Assembly (NCBI GenBank): GCA_900316035.1
Contig: ONBI01000003.1
Coordinates: forward strand, 1 to 61,628
Direction of reading: 5' to 3'
DNA from: an uncultured Eubacteriales bacterium
Lineage (GTDB): Bacteria; Bacillota_I; Bacilli_A; RFN20; CAG-288
DNA length: 61,628 nucleotides
The stretch's first letter is position 1. Each line of letters starts with the position of its first letter. The translations under genes were made by a program, and so were the position numbers. The notes beneath the pieces were generated by a model. That model was not told the DNA's origin, ran no database searches, and saw nothing but the letters and a program-made list of their open reading frames with translations. Shown here one piece after another: positions 9,839 through 18,809 of the stretch.

Positions 9839-10837
9839 CTACTTTTCTTTTGATTTGAAATCCTGCCAGTTCTTGTTGGAAGCAAGTTCAGGATCGTTAC
9901 CGAAGAAAGCTTTTCCAGCTTCCTGATCTCCTTTCAGCCAATACTCTAACCAGGCCGTGACATAAGGATCCGCACGCCAAAGAACATCGCCGTGATCCGT
10001 CTCTTTTCTTCTTGCCATCGCAACGGCTACTCCTTCCGGATAAGCGTTATAGTTATCGTTAAGAGAATAAAGAGGGCAGATACCTTCGGGATTATCTTTG
10101 TTTCCGGCATCCCAATCTCCGGTTCCGGCCATCATCAAGGCAGGAATATGAATCTGCGAAAGATCATATCCGTATTCTTTATCGGTACCGGGATTATGAG
10201 ACCAATCCAAGGATTTGGCGATAGCCTGAGAAGTAGCGGAAAGAGCAAACAGACATTTGTATTTGCTTCCGTTTTCGAAATCCGTCACGGCATTATAGGT
10301 TCCCTCTCCACCCTGAGAGTGACCGCCCACAGCAATCTCGTTTTCATCAAACTTAGTTTTCAGGAAATCGTTATTCAGAGCAAAGTTCAGTGTCTCTGAG
10401 GTACCTTTTCCGTTCCACATGGTTTCAAAGTTGTTTCCTAAGACAACATAGCCCCAAGAAGCAAGATGCGCAAAAATGGCTTCGTATTTGTTGTAGGGGA
10501 CACCCGTTCCGTTGACCATCACGACAAGAGGATATTTCTTGGAAGTATCTTTCGGATAATAGGCTTTGATGTCTCTCTTTTCGGTTTTATTCTTATCGGT
10601 CACTTCACTGAGAGCCCCTTTGTAGAGAGTCGATTCGATCTCATAGGAACCTTTGCTGGCATACTTTTCTTCGATAGGTCCTCCGGTCACCTGTTTGGTT
10701 TCATAATCCAAGGCGACATTCGGCTGAGAAGCTCCAATAGCAAACAGAATTACTATAACCAGAATCGGAATAAGAATAACGGCTAATAGAATCCACGGCC
10801 ATTTACGATGTTTTTTCGTAGCCACATTTTCCGGCAT
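9839..10837 (-). CDS. Membrane-anchored alpha/beta hydrolase (chlorophyllase/cutinase-like)
   Basis: N-terminal TM; HLASWGYVV; GHSQG nucleophile elbow; GTGDWD; candidate catalytic His in TDHG. Confidence 0.85.
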   Translation of the reverse strand: MPENVATKKHRKWPWILLAVILIPILVIVILFAIGASQPNVALDYETKQVTGGPIEEKYASKGSYEIESTLYKGALSEVTDKNKTEKRDIKAYYPKDTSKKYPLVVMVNGTGVPYNKYEAIFAHLASWGYVVLGNNFETMWNGKGTSETLNFALNNDFLKTKFDENEIAVGGHSQGGEGTYNAVTDFENGSKYKCLFALSATSQAIAKSLDWSHNPGTDKEYGYDLSQIHIPALMMAGTGDWDAGNKDNPEGICPLYSLNDNYNAYPEGVAVAMARRKETDHGDVLWRADPYVTAWLEYWLKGDQEAGKAFFGNDPELASNKNWQDFKSKEK

Positions 10838-10881
10838 AGAATTACCTCCTTGCTTTTCTTCGGAAGAAAAGCTATCTTAGT

Positions 10882-10897
10882 TGAAACGTTTGTTCCA
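10882..10897. promoter_or_regulatory. Possible TetR operator
   Basis: Imperfect palindrome TGAAAC-GTTT-GTTCCA between the divergent hydrolase and tetR genes. Confidence 0.35.
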
Positions 10898-10988
10898 GTG
10901 CCGATATCTTAGTCATTTCTTCTTAAATTCACAAGAAAAAAAACAAAATCTGCAGAAAAAATGAAACAAGAAAGGAAATTTGTTCCAA

Positions 10989-11528
10989 ATGAAAACCTAT
11001 CAGAACGAAGGAGATAAAGAAATCAAACTTCATATTGCCGATACGACGTTCGAACTGCTGAGAAAAACACCGATTGATGAAATCCGAGTCGATGAAATCC
11101 GCAAGGAAGCCAGTGTCGGAAGAACGACTTTCTACCGTTATTTCGGTTCCAAAAGAGGAATCCGGGATGCTCTTCTTTATTCTTTAGAAGCGCATTTCGA
11201 GAAAGAAAAAGAGAGAGACCCGGGAAAGAAAACCGATGATCTTTTCTTCTCTTTTCTCTTCGAAAACAAGAGCAATATTCTTCTACTGAAAAAGAACGGA
11301 TTGATGGATGTTCTCGATGATCTTGTTCTCTATGTCTATGTACCGGATAGCGAAAAAGAACAGGAAGTCAAACTCGTAAAATACATTGCCTCCGGACTCT
11401 GGATGGGATTTATCCGTGCGATTCTCGAAGACAATTTTAAAAAGAGCGAGAAGGAATACCGTTTCGAAATTGCAAAGGGAATCCAGGATCTTATCGCGAT
11501 GAATACACCGAGCAAGAACAAAGTTTGA
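10989..11528 (+). CDS. TetR/AcrR-family regulator
   Basis: HTH I.VDEI...ASVGRTTFYRYF; the start could instead be the TTG at 10980. Confidence 0.9.
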   Translation: MKTYQNEGDKEIKLHIADTTFELLRKTPIDEIRVDEIRKEASVGRTTFYRYFGSKRGIRDALLYSLEAHFEKEKERDPGKKTDDLFFSFLFENKSNILLLKKNGLMDVLDDLVLYVYVPDSEKEQEVKLVKYIASGLWMGFIRAILEDNFKKSEKEYRFEIAKGIQDLIAMNTPSKNKV

Positions 11529-11592
11529 ACTGCCTTTCCCTATTCTTTATATAATATTAGCCGTCTAAACCTCAGAGATAGGAGGAAGAAGT

Positions 11593-12522
11593 ATGATCAT
11601 CGTCTATGGAGAGATTCTTGTCGACACATTCCCTTCTCAGAAAGGAAGAGAAGTCTTTGTCGGAGGAGCTCCGTTCAATCTATCGGTAGCTGCAAAAAGC
11701 ATGGGAAGCAACGTTCTTTTCCACGGCAATATCGGAAACGATGCCTACGGAAAGAAGATTCAGGATTATTTTCTCTCCCACAATTATGACGATAGCGGTT
11801 TAAGAATCGATCCGAAGAGAAAGACCACCGCTTCCGAAGTCGTTCTCAAGCACGGAGAAAGAGAATTCACCTTCCTCCGCAACGATACCGCCGACGATGT
11901 TTTTGATGAAGACTCTTTAGACGATATCGCCTCCGGAGATATCGTCCATCTCGGTTCTTTGATGCTCTCTTCGGAAAGAGGAAGAAAGTTCTTCCAGGAA
12001 GCTATCAATACCGCGAAAGCCCAACATAAGACCTTATCGTTCGATATCAATTTCCGCAGCGATATCTTCCACGATAAAGAAGAGGCTCTGAAAATCTATA
12101 ACGAGGTCTACCCCCAGATGGATATCGTCAAATTCAGTGAGGATGAATTAGCACTCTTCACTGGGGAAAAGAACGTGGAAAAAGCCCTTGAGAAACTTCT
12201 TCCCGGTCCGAAGATGATTCTTGTAACCTTAGGAAGCAAAGGTTCTCTTGCCTATTGCCGAAAGACGATCACGAAGGTTTCTTCGGTTCCGGTCCATGTT
12301 GTCGATACGACCGGTGCCGGAGACTGTTTCTTCGGTACCTTCTTAAGCCAAGTCGATTCTTTCGGTCCTCAGGAACTTTCTTTCTTACCTTCTCTATTAG
12401 AATGCGCCCTCCGTTTCAGCAATATCGCCGGTGCCTTAGCCACTACCAAGAAAGGTGCTTTAAGCGGCATTCCTTCCTATAAGGAAGTAGAGCGTTATCT
12501 AGAAGAACATCCGAAGAAGTAA
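11593..12522 (+). CDS. PfkB-family carbohydrate kinase (fructokinase-like)
   Basis: GGAPFN, SFDINFR, DTTGAGDCF. Confidence 0.92.
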   Translation: MIIVYGEILVDTFPSQKGREVFVGGAPFNLSVAAKSMGSNVLFHGNIGNDAYGKKIQDYFLSHNYDDSGLRIDPKRKTTASEVVLKHGEREFTFLRNDTADDVFDEDSLDDIASGDIVHLGSLMLSSERGRKFFQEAINTAKAQHKTLSFDINFRSDIFHDKEEALKIYNEVYPQMDIVKFSEDELALFTGEKNVEKALEKLLPGPKMILVTLGSKGSLAYCRKTITKVSSVPVHVVDTTGAGDCFFGTFLSQVDSFGPQELSFLPSLLECALRFSNIAGALATTKKGALSGIPSYKEVERYLEEHPKK

Positions 12523-12543
12523 AAGAAGTTGTTTTGCTTGTTT

Positions 12544-12577
12544 AAACCGATCCTCAGAGACGGGAATCGGTTTTTTT
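12544..12577 (+). terminator. Intrinsic terminator
   Basis: AAACCGAT..ATCGGTTT hairpin followed by a T-run. Confidence 0.7.
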
Positions 12578-12646
12578 CGGTTATAAAAAAACTGCTAAGA
12601 TTTCTCCTAGCAGCCAAGCGATAAACCGCTGTGATTTTTAATTAAC

Positions 12647-13336
12647 TTACGCCGATTTCTTAGCAGAGAATAACTTCCAGCAGAGAGCCGCAAGAGCACC
12701 ACCGCAGAGAGGAGCAAGGATAAAAATCCAGATTTCCTTGATCGGAGTGGTGTTACCACCGGCAATCGCAAATAAAGCAGCGGAGAGCGAACGGGCAGGG
12801 TTGACGGAAGTATTGGTGATACCATCGCCGACAAGGTGAACACCGGTAAGAGCAAGACCGATGACAAGGCCACCGACCTGGCTGAACTTATCGTCCGCGG
12901 TAACACCTAAGACAGCAAGAACGAAGATGAAGGTGAGCACGAGTTCCATGACGAAGGCAAGGAAATAAGCCATACCGGTAGACTGAGTAGCTAAGGAACC
13001 AGCTTCGGCATAGTTAGCGCCGGTGTTTTCGAAGTTACCATAGATCGCGCCGATAGTGGCAGAACCTAAGATAGCTCCGCAGATCTGAGCGCAGACATAA
13101 CCACAGAATTCCTTCCAGGAGATGTCGCCACGGATAGCCATCGCAAGGGAGACCGCCGGATTGACGTGTCCGCCCGAGATACGGCCGACGGAATAGGCAA
13201 GAATCACAATCGCCATACCGAAAGCGACAGCCGTACCGACATACCCAGCACCAGCAACCGCAGCACCGACACCGATGACGACGAGGATAAACGTACCGAC
13301 AAACTCTGCCAGATACTTCTTCAAAGAATCACTCAT
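12647..13336 (-). CDS. aqpZ: MIP-family channel (aquaporin Z-like)
   Basis: Two NPA motifs (GGHVNPAVS, TSVNPARS); start at MSDSLKK after an AGGAGG RBS. Confidence 0.88.
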   Translation of the reverse strand: MSDSLKKYLAEFVGTFILVVIGVGAAVAGAGYVGTAVAFGMAIVILAYSVGRISGGHVNPAVSLAMAIRGDISWKEFCGYVCAQICGAILGSATIGAIYGNFENTGANYAEAGSLATQSTGMAYFLAFVMELVLTFIFVLAVLGVTADDKFSQVGGLVIGLALTGVHLVGDGITNTSVNPARSLSAALFAIAGGNTTPIKEIWIFILAPLCGGALAALCWKLFSAKKSA

Positions 13337-13475
13337 GAATCGTTGATTCCTCCTTTTGGCAAAACATTGTAACACTTGTAACAGAGAGGAAAATCAGTTA
13401 ATAACGTAAATCTTTTTCCTGTGTAACAGCTTTCGGGGTAGAATAAGGAAAAACCCTATTAAAGGAGTTTATCCC

Positions 13476-13961
13476 ATGAAAGAAAATAAGAAGAAAGCAG
13501 AGACGTATCAGAAGCTGGCGGATTTCTTCTCGGCGGAGCTGGAAGAGAATAAAGACGTACGTTTTCTGACTTTAGCCTGTGAACTTGTCAATGCATTAAA
13601 GGGCTCTTTCTCCGAGATGGATTGGGTCGGATTCTATCTTTTTGACAAAGAGAAAGATACGCTTTATCTCGGTCCTTATGTTCCGGGAGTCGGAGCCTGT
13701 GAAGAGATCAAGCCGGGAAGAGGTGTCTGCGGAAGAAGTTTCTTAGAGAAAAGAACCTTGGTTGTTAACGATACTTCGAAAGAAAAGAACTATATCGCCT
13801 GTTCTTCTTCCACCAAGAGTGAGATCGTGGTTCCGCTTCTCGATAGCAAGGGAGAAGTCAAAGCGGTTCTCGATATCGATTCGGATACCCTTTCCGCTTT
13901 CGATGACGATGATGTGAGAGGCTTAGAGGCTTTGGTCTGGCTTCTTGCCAAAGCAAAGTGA
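13476..13961 (+). CDS. msrC: GAF-domain free methionine-R-sulfoxide reductase-like protein
   Basis: DWVGFY, GRGVCG, IAC..S.KSEIVVP, VLDIDS. Confidence 0.82.
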   Translation: MKENKKKAETYQKLADFFSAELEENKDVRFLTLACELVNALKGSFSEMDWVGFYLFDKEKDTLYLGPYVPGVGACEEIKPGRGVCGRSFLEKRTLVVNDTSKEKNYIACSSSTKSEIVVPLLDSKGEVKAVLDIDSDTLSAFDDDDVRGLEALVWLLAKAK

Positions 13962-13967
13962 TCTTCT

Positions 13968-14714
13968 ATGGATCAATATAGCCGTACTATCCGCCTAATA
14001 GGAGAAGAGAAGCAGACGCTTCTTCATCAGAAGAGCGTCCTTCTTTTCGGTTTAGGAGGAGTCGGAGGAGGATGTTTAGAAGGCTTAGCCAGAGCCGGTA
14101 TCGGCAAACTCACGTTAGTCGATAACGATGCTTTTGCTCTTTCCAATCTCAACCGCCAGATCCTAGCAACCCACGAGACTATCGGAAAAAATAAAGTCGA
14201 TGTCGCGGAAGAAAGAGTCAAAGCCATCGACCCGAACATCCAAGTGATGAAAAAGAAGATGTTCTATCTTCCCGAGAAGAAAGCAGAACTTCCTTTTGAA
14301 GATTACGATCTCGTTATCGATTGTATCGATACGATCTCGGCAAAACTGGATATCATTACCGAAGCAAAGAAACAGAATATTCCGGTTCTTTCCGCTATGG
14401 GTTGCGGAAACCGTCTTGATCCGACTCAATTACGCATCGGAGAATTGTTCCTTACTTCCGGAGACCCCTTAGCCAAAGTCATGCGAAGAGAACTCCGGAA
14501 AAGGGGTGTCACTTCTTTGATTGTTGTATACTCCTTAGAGCATCCGACAAAACCAGCACCGCTAGCGGAAGAAGAAGCCAAAGAAGCTAGTCCGAAGAAG
14601 GGAAGAAAAGACGTTCCGGGTTCCGCTCCTTTTGTTCCTCTGGTAGCAGGAGAACTGCTCGCTTATGAAGCCGTGAAGATCCTTTTAGGCGAAGAAGAAA
14701 AAGAGAAGGCTTGA
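13968..14714 (+). CDS. tcdA: tRNA threonylcarbamoyladenosine dehydratase (ThiF family)
   Basis: GLGGVG, SNLNRQ, AMGCGNRLDP, DPLAK.MR.ELRK, GS..FVP. Confidence 0.88.
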   Translation: MDQYSRTIRLIGEEKQTLLHQKSVLLFGLGGVGGGCLEGLARAGIGKLTLVDNDAFALSNLNRQILATHETIGKNKVDVAEERVKAIDPNIQVMKKKMFYLPEKKAELPFEDYDLVIDCIDTISAKLDIITEAKKQNIPVLSAMGCGNRLDPTQLRIGELFLTSGDPLAKVMRRELRKRGVTSLIVVYSLEHPTKPAPLAEEEAKEASPKKGRKDVPGSAPFVPLVAGELLAYEAVKILLGEEEKEKA

Positions 14715-14888
14715 AAGAACCTTAAGGATTTTCTTTCTCTAGAGAAATTGAAGAGATGCTTTCCTTCTTATTTTCCCTTTGAAATGCCGAAAAACATTTT
14801 CTTTTGTTATCGGAATCTTCTTTTAGGATAAACTAAGTTATCTTCTTGTATAATACCTAAAAGAACACGACGAAAAGGAGGCTTTCCT

Positions 14889-15581
14889 ATGAAACTTTTA
14901 TTAGCGGAAGACGAACACGACCTTTCGGATGCGATTGCCAAAGTGCTCCGGTCCAAGAACTACGATGTCGAATGCGCCTTTGATGGACAGGAAGCTTTAG
15001 ACAAGATTTACGAGAACACTTACGATGCCTTGATTCTCGATGTCATGATGCCGAAGAAGGATGGTTTTGCGGTAGTCAAAGAACTCCGCTCTCAGGATAA
15101 CTATATCCCGATTCTCATCCTCACCGCCATCACCGATATCGACGATAAGGTGAGTCTTCTCGATTCCGGTGCCGATGACTATCTCACAAAGCCTTTCTCC
15201 TTCAAGGAGCTTTTAGCCCGTATCCGCGCTCTTTTAAGAAGAAGTGGTGGCAAGGTCAAAGACGCCTATCAGATTGGGGAAACGAAACTCGACCATGAGA
15301 CTTTTGAACTCTCCTGCAAAGGAAAGCTCCGTCTCACGGCAACCGAGTACAAGATGATGGAATATCTTATCCGCAACCACAACTCCTTGGTTTCGACCGA
15401 GAAGCTGATGGATGCGATTTGGGATTACGATTCCGATGCCGAGATCAACGTTGTCTGGGCTTATATTTCTTCGCTCCGTAAGAAGTTAGAGCAGATCGGT
15501 TCCGACTATACCATCAAAGCAGTCCGCGGCGTCGGTTATCAGCTCTATCCTCGGAGTGGCATTAAGCCGAGCGAGGAATGA
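14889..15581 (+). CDS. OmpR-family response regulator
   Basis: Receiver domain LDVMMP and GADDYLTKPF; winged helix ending VRGVGY. Confidence 0.95.
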   Translation: MKLLLAEDEHDLSDAIAKVLRSKNYDVECAFDGQEALDKIYENTYDALILDVMMPKKDGFAVVKELRSQDNYIPILILTAITDIDDKVSLLDSGADDYLTKPFSFKELLARIRALLRRSGGKVKDAYQIGETKLDHETFELSCKGKLRLTATEYKMMEYLIRNHNSLVSTEKLMDAIWDYDSDAEINVVWAYISSLRKKLEQIGSDYTIKAVRGVGYQLYPRSGIKPSEE

Positions 15582-16876
15582 TCAAGAAGGTACGTTGGCG
15601 TTTTATCACGATCACGATGATTGCCATCTCTTTTCTGATGGTGATCATCGTTTTAATTACCAATTCTATCAATTATTATTCCGTCACCAAAAGCGCCGAT
15701 GAGACCTTGGACTTCTTAGCCGAAAACGGCGGGAAATATCCTCGCCCGGATCCACCGGAAGAAGAAAGCGATTCTTCCGGTAACGGGATGGGAGGATCCG
15801 GTAGTGAAAGTGGGCCGAAGGAAAACCCCGGTGGTAAGGAAGGTCCTTATTCCACCCGTTATTTCACAGTAACTTTTGATTCAGGCGGCAATATCACGGC
15901 TTCCAACACGGCCTTCATCAAGAGTTTCACAAAACAGGAAGCACAGGAACTGGCAAAAGAAATCTATAACACCAAGGAAACCCGCGGTTATATCAATTCC
16001 ATCTACCGGTATCTGAAATCGGAACAGGATAATTCCGCAACGATGATCCTTGTTCTCGATTATTCTTTACAGCTGACTCCGTTAGAAAACTTCCGCAAAG
16101 TCTCGTTGATCGTCATCGGCTGTGGTATCGTTGTTGCCTTCCCGATTGTTTATTTCCTCTCAGGCCTTACGGTCAACTCCTTAGTCGAAAGTGATAAGAA
16201 GCAGAAGCAGTTCATCACCAATGCCGGTCATGAGATGAAGACTCCTCTGACCATCATTTCCGCGAATAACGAAATCATCGAAATGGAATACGGAGAGAGT
16301 GGCTCCACCAAATCCATTTCCAAAGAAGTCGCCCGTATGAATGAGATGGTCCATAACTTGACAAGCTTAGCGAAGATCGATGAGATGTCTAAGCCGGTCT
16401 TCACCAAGATTTCTCTTACCGATGAAGCAGAGGATGCCATCTCTACCTTCCGTCCTCTCTTTGAAAAAGAAGAAAAGAAGCTGATAGCCGAGATCGAAGA
16501 TAGTATCTTTGTCAAAGCCGATGAAAGTATGATCCGCAAGCTTCTTTCGATTCTTCTTGATAACGCCCGCAAGTATTCTCTGACCGAAACTCACTTCACG
16601 TTGAAGCGAGTCAACGGCAAAGCCGAAATGGAAGTCTATAACGATGCTACCGGTGTCGAAAACGGAAATCTCAACAAAGTCTTTGACCGTTTCTATCGAA
16701 GCACCCAAGCCAGAGGTAGTGGCATAGAAGGAAGTGGCATCGGTTTAGCGATTGCGTATCAGATTTCACAGAAGAACCGTTTCCGTATCCAAGCCTTTGG
16801 AACCGACCAGAAGTATTTCCATATCTTAGCTACCTTCTCTTTAGCCAGCCCGGTGAAAGACGCTCTTCAGAAATAG
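15578..16876 (+). CDS. Sensor histidine kinase
   Basis: Two TM segments; H-box HEMKTPL; N-box LLDNA.KY; G-box GSGIGL. Confidence 0.95.
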   Translation: MIKKVRWRFITITMIAISFLMVIIVLITNSINYYSVTKSADETLDFLAENGGKYPRPDPPEEESDSSGNGMGGSGSESGPKENPGGKEGPYSTRYFTVTFDSGGNITASNTAFIKSFTKQEAQELAKEIYNTKETRGYINSIYRYLKSEQDNSATMILVLDYSLQLTPLENFRKVSLIVIGCGIVVAFPIVYFLSGLTVNSLVESDKKQKQFITNAGHEMKTPLTIISANNEIIEMEYGESGSTKSISKEVARMNEMVHNLTSLAKIDEMSKPVFTKISLTDEAEDAISTFRPLFEKEEKKLIAEIEDSIFVKADESMIRKLLSILLDNARKYSLTETHFTLKRVNGKAEMEVYNDATGVENGNLNKVFDRFYRSTQARGSGIEGSGIGLAIAYQISQKNRFRIQAFGTDQKYFHILATFSLASPVKDALQK

Positions 16877-16897
16877 ATTCTGTAATATAATAAATTT

Positions 16898-17875
16898 ATG
16901 AAAAAGAAAGCTCTTTCCGTTCTTCTTTCTCTCTTCCTGTTTGCTGCTTCTTCCTGCAGCAAACCTGTTTATTCTGTTTCCGATTATGAGAAAACCATGT
17001 CGTATCGGAATGGTTTTACGATTCTTCAGTGGACCGATATCCATCTCGGTGTAGAATCCGATACGGTCAAAGTGCAAGAGGTTCTTGATGAAGAATTGAA
17101 GGATTGCTCTGCTTCGCTTGGTCGTAATCCGGATCTTATCGTCATCACCGGCGATACCTTCCTGAATGCGACAAAAGGGATCGTCAACGAGTTTTTCGAT
17201 TATCTCGATAGCAAGGATATTCCTTTTGCTTTCACCTATGGGAATCATGATTTCCAGGGAAGCTATGCCAACGACTACATCGGGAAAGTAATCGAAAGCA
17301 AAAAGAATTCGGTCTTTGTCGATTATCCGGAAGATGATCTACAGGGAAGAGCCAACTACTACATCGATCTGAAAGAAGGAGAAGCGACGAAGTATCGTCT
17401 CTTCATCCTGGATTCGAATAACTACTATCAGGATGGATTCGATATCCATTACGACATCATCCACGAAGATCAGCTTGCCCATATGGATGCTATCGTCAAA
17501 GAGAAAGGAAAAGTCCCTTCGCTTGCTTTCTATCATATTCCGGTCTATGAATTTGCGGATGCCTACAAAGAATATCAGGAAGGGAAGATTGAAGGGAACG
17601 GCGAAAACGAAGAAAAGGTCTGTTACGGATATAAAAGAACCGATGCCTTTTCCCGAATGAAAGAAGATGGTGTTATCGGGATGTTCTGCGGACACGATCA
17701 TATCAACAACTCTACTCTTCTCTATCAAGATGTTCTTCTCTCCTACGGTATGAAATCGACCTATGAAATCTATAACGACAAGGTCGGATATTCGTTGATT
17801 CAGCTCCATGGGCAAAGTCAATTATCCTTAGGCGATGTCACGAAAGCCGTCATCGGGGAAGGAGAACAGAAATGA
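16898..17875 (+). CDS. Calcineurin-like metallophosphoesterase lipoprotein
   Basis: Lipobox-like ASSC; DIH, GD, GNHD and GHDH motifs. Confidence 0.88.
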   Translation: MKKKALSVLLSLFLFAASSCSKPVYSVSDYEKTMSYRNGFTILQWTDIHLGVESDTVKVQEVLDEELKDCSASLGRNPDLIVITGDTFLNATKGIVNEFFDYLDSKDIPFAFTYGNHDFQGSYANDYIGKVIESKKNSVFVDYPEDDLQGRANYYIDLKEGEATKYRLFILDSNNYYQDGFDIHYDIIHEDQLAHMDAIVKEKGKVPSLAFYHIPVYEFADAYKEYQEGKIEGNGENEEKVCYGYKRTDAFSRMKEDGVIGMFCGHDHINNSTLLYQDVLLSYGMKSTYEIYNDKVGYSLIQLHGQSQLSLGDVTKAVIGEGEQK

Positions 17876-18744
17876 AAATCAAAGCGTATATTTGGATTCC
17901 TGTTCTTTCTCTTCTTGCTCTGATCGTATCCCTCATCTGGTACTACGGATTCACGATGCTCCTCTCTACCATCGTCGATCAATTCGTCTCCCTAGCAAGA
18001 ATTCTTCCCTTTGTGTTCCTGGCTTTCTCTGCTCTTGTGATCTTCTTTGTTCTTTTCTTCCACCATTTTCTTTCTCCGATTCCGAAGAAGAGACTTTGGA
18101 TCTTCGCTTCGCTTTCTGCCATCTTCACCTTACTCGGATTTATCTTCGGTCTTCTTTCTTCCCATTACCTCTTTGCTTCGGATTTATGGTCAAAGAAACT
18201 CATCTTTATACTCGAACTGATTTTCTCCTGCTGTGGGTCTTTCTTCCTCTTCTTCCTCGCCCTGAAAAAGAAACCTAAGGAAATTCTTCTTCCTAATCTC
18301 CGTATTCCTCTTGGCTATAAGATCGTCGACAGCATTCTATTCCTCTTTGTTTCATATTATCTTGTCGATGGTATCCGCGCCTTTATCCGCTTTGAGGAAT
18401 ACCGTGTAGAACCGGCTGCTTATCCTTTCTTTGTTCTACTTCTCTTTGCTCTTTCTTACTTCTATGTTCTCACGCTTCTCCGCCATTCTTCTCATAAGCT
18501 TCCGTTCCTGCTTTATGCTTTTTCTTCTTTTATCGCTTTAGCTTTCGCAGCCGGAGCCTTCTCTCTTCTTTTCACTCAGGCTTATGTCAACGTCGGGCAG
18601 AATATCTTCTATATCGACTTTGCTGCTTCTCTTCCTATCGGTCCAATCAGTTGGATAGTATTGCTTCTTTATTTCACCGTGGATCTCTTCTTGGAAGCGA
18701 TGAAAATCCAAAAGAAACCGATGGTAGAAGAACAAAAACAATAG
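17872..18744 (+). CDS. Polytopic membrane protein, function unknown
   Basis: About 8 hydrophobic segments; ATGA overlap with the upstream gene. Confidence 0.75.
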   Translation: MKIKAYIWIPVLSLLALIVSLIWYYGFTMLLSTIVDQFVSLARILPFVFLAFSALVIFFVLFFHHFLSPIPKKRLWIFASLSAIFTLLGFIFGLLSSHYLFASDLWSKKLIFILELIFSCCGSFFLFFLALKKKPKEILLPNLRIPLGYKIVDSILFLFVSYYLVDGIRAFIRFEEYRVEPAAYPFFVLLLFALSYFYVLTLLRHSSHKLPFLLYAFSSFIALAFAAGAFSLLFTQAYVNVGQNIFYIDFAASLPIGPISWIVLLLYFTVDLFLEAMKIQKKPMVEEQKQ

Positions 18745-18747
18745 CAA

Positions 18748-18780
18748 GCAAAAAGCTGGCCCCAAAGCCAGCTTTTTTGC
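18748..18780. terminator. Bidirectional intrinsic terminator
   Basis: AAAAAGCTGGC..GCCAGCTTTTT between convergent genes. Confidence 0.85.
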
Positions 18781-18809
18781 TTAACAACTTATTTGTATAA
18801 GAAAGACGT

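Noticed and set aside
13367-13383. TTGTAACA direct repeat upstream of the aquaporin as a response-regulator box
   Set aside because: Period is 9 bp rather than 11, and one copy is explained by an extended -10 (TGnTACAAT) on the minus strand
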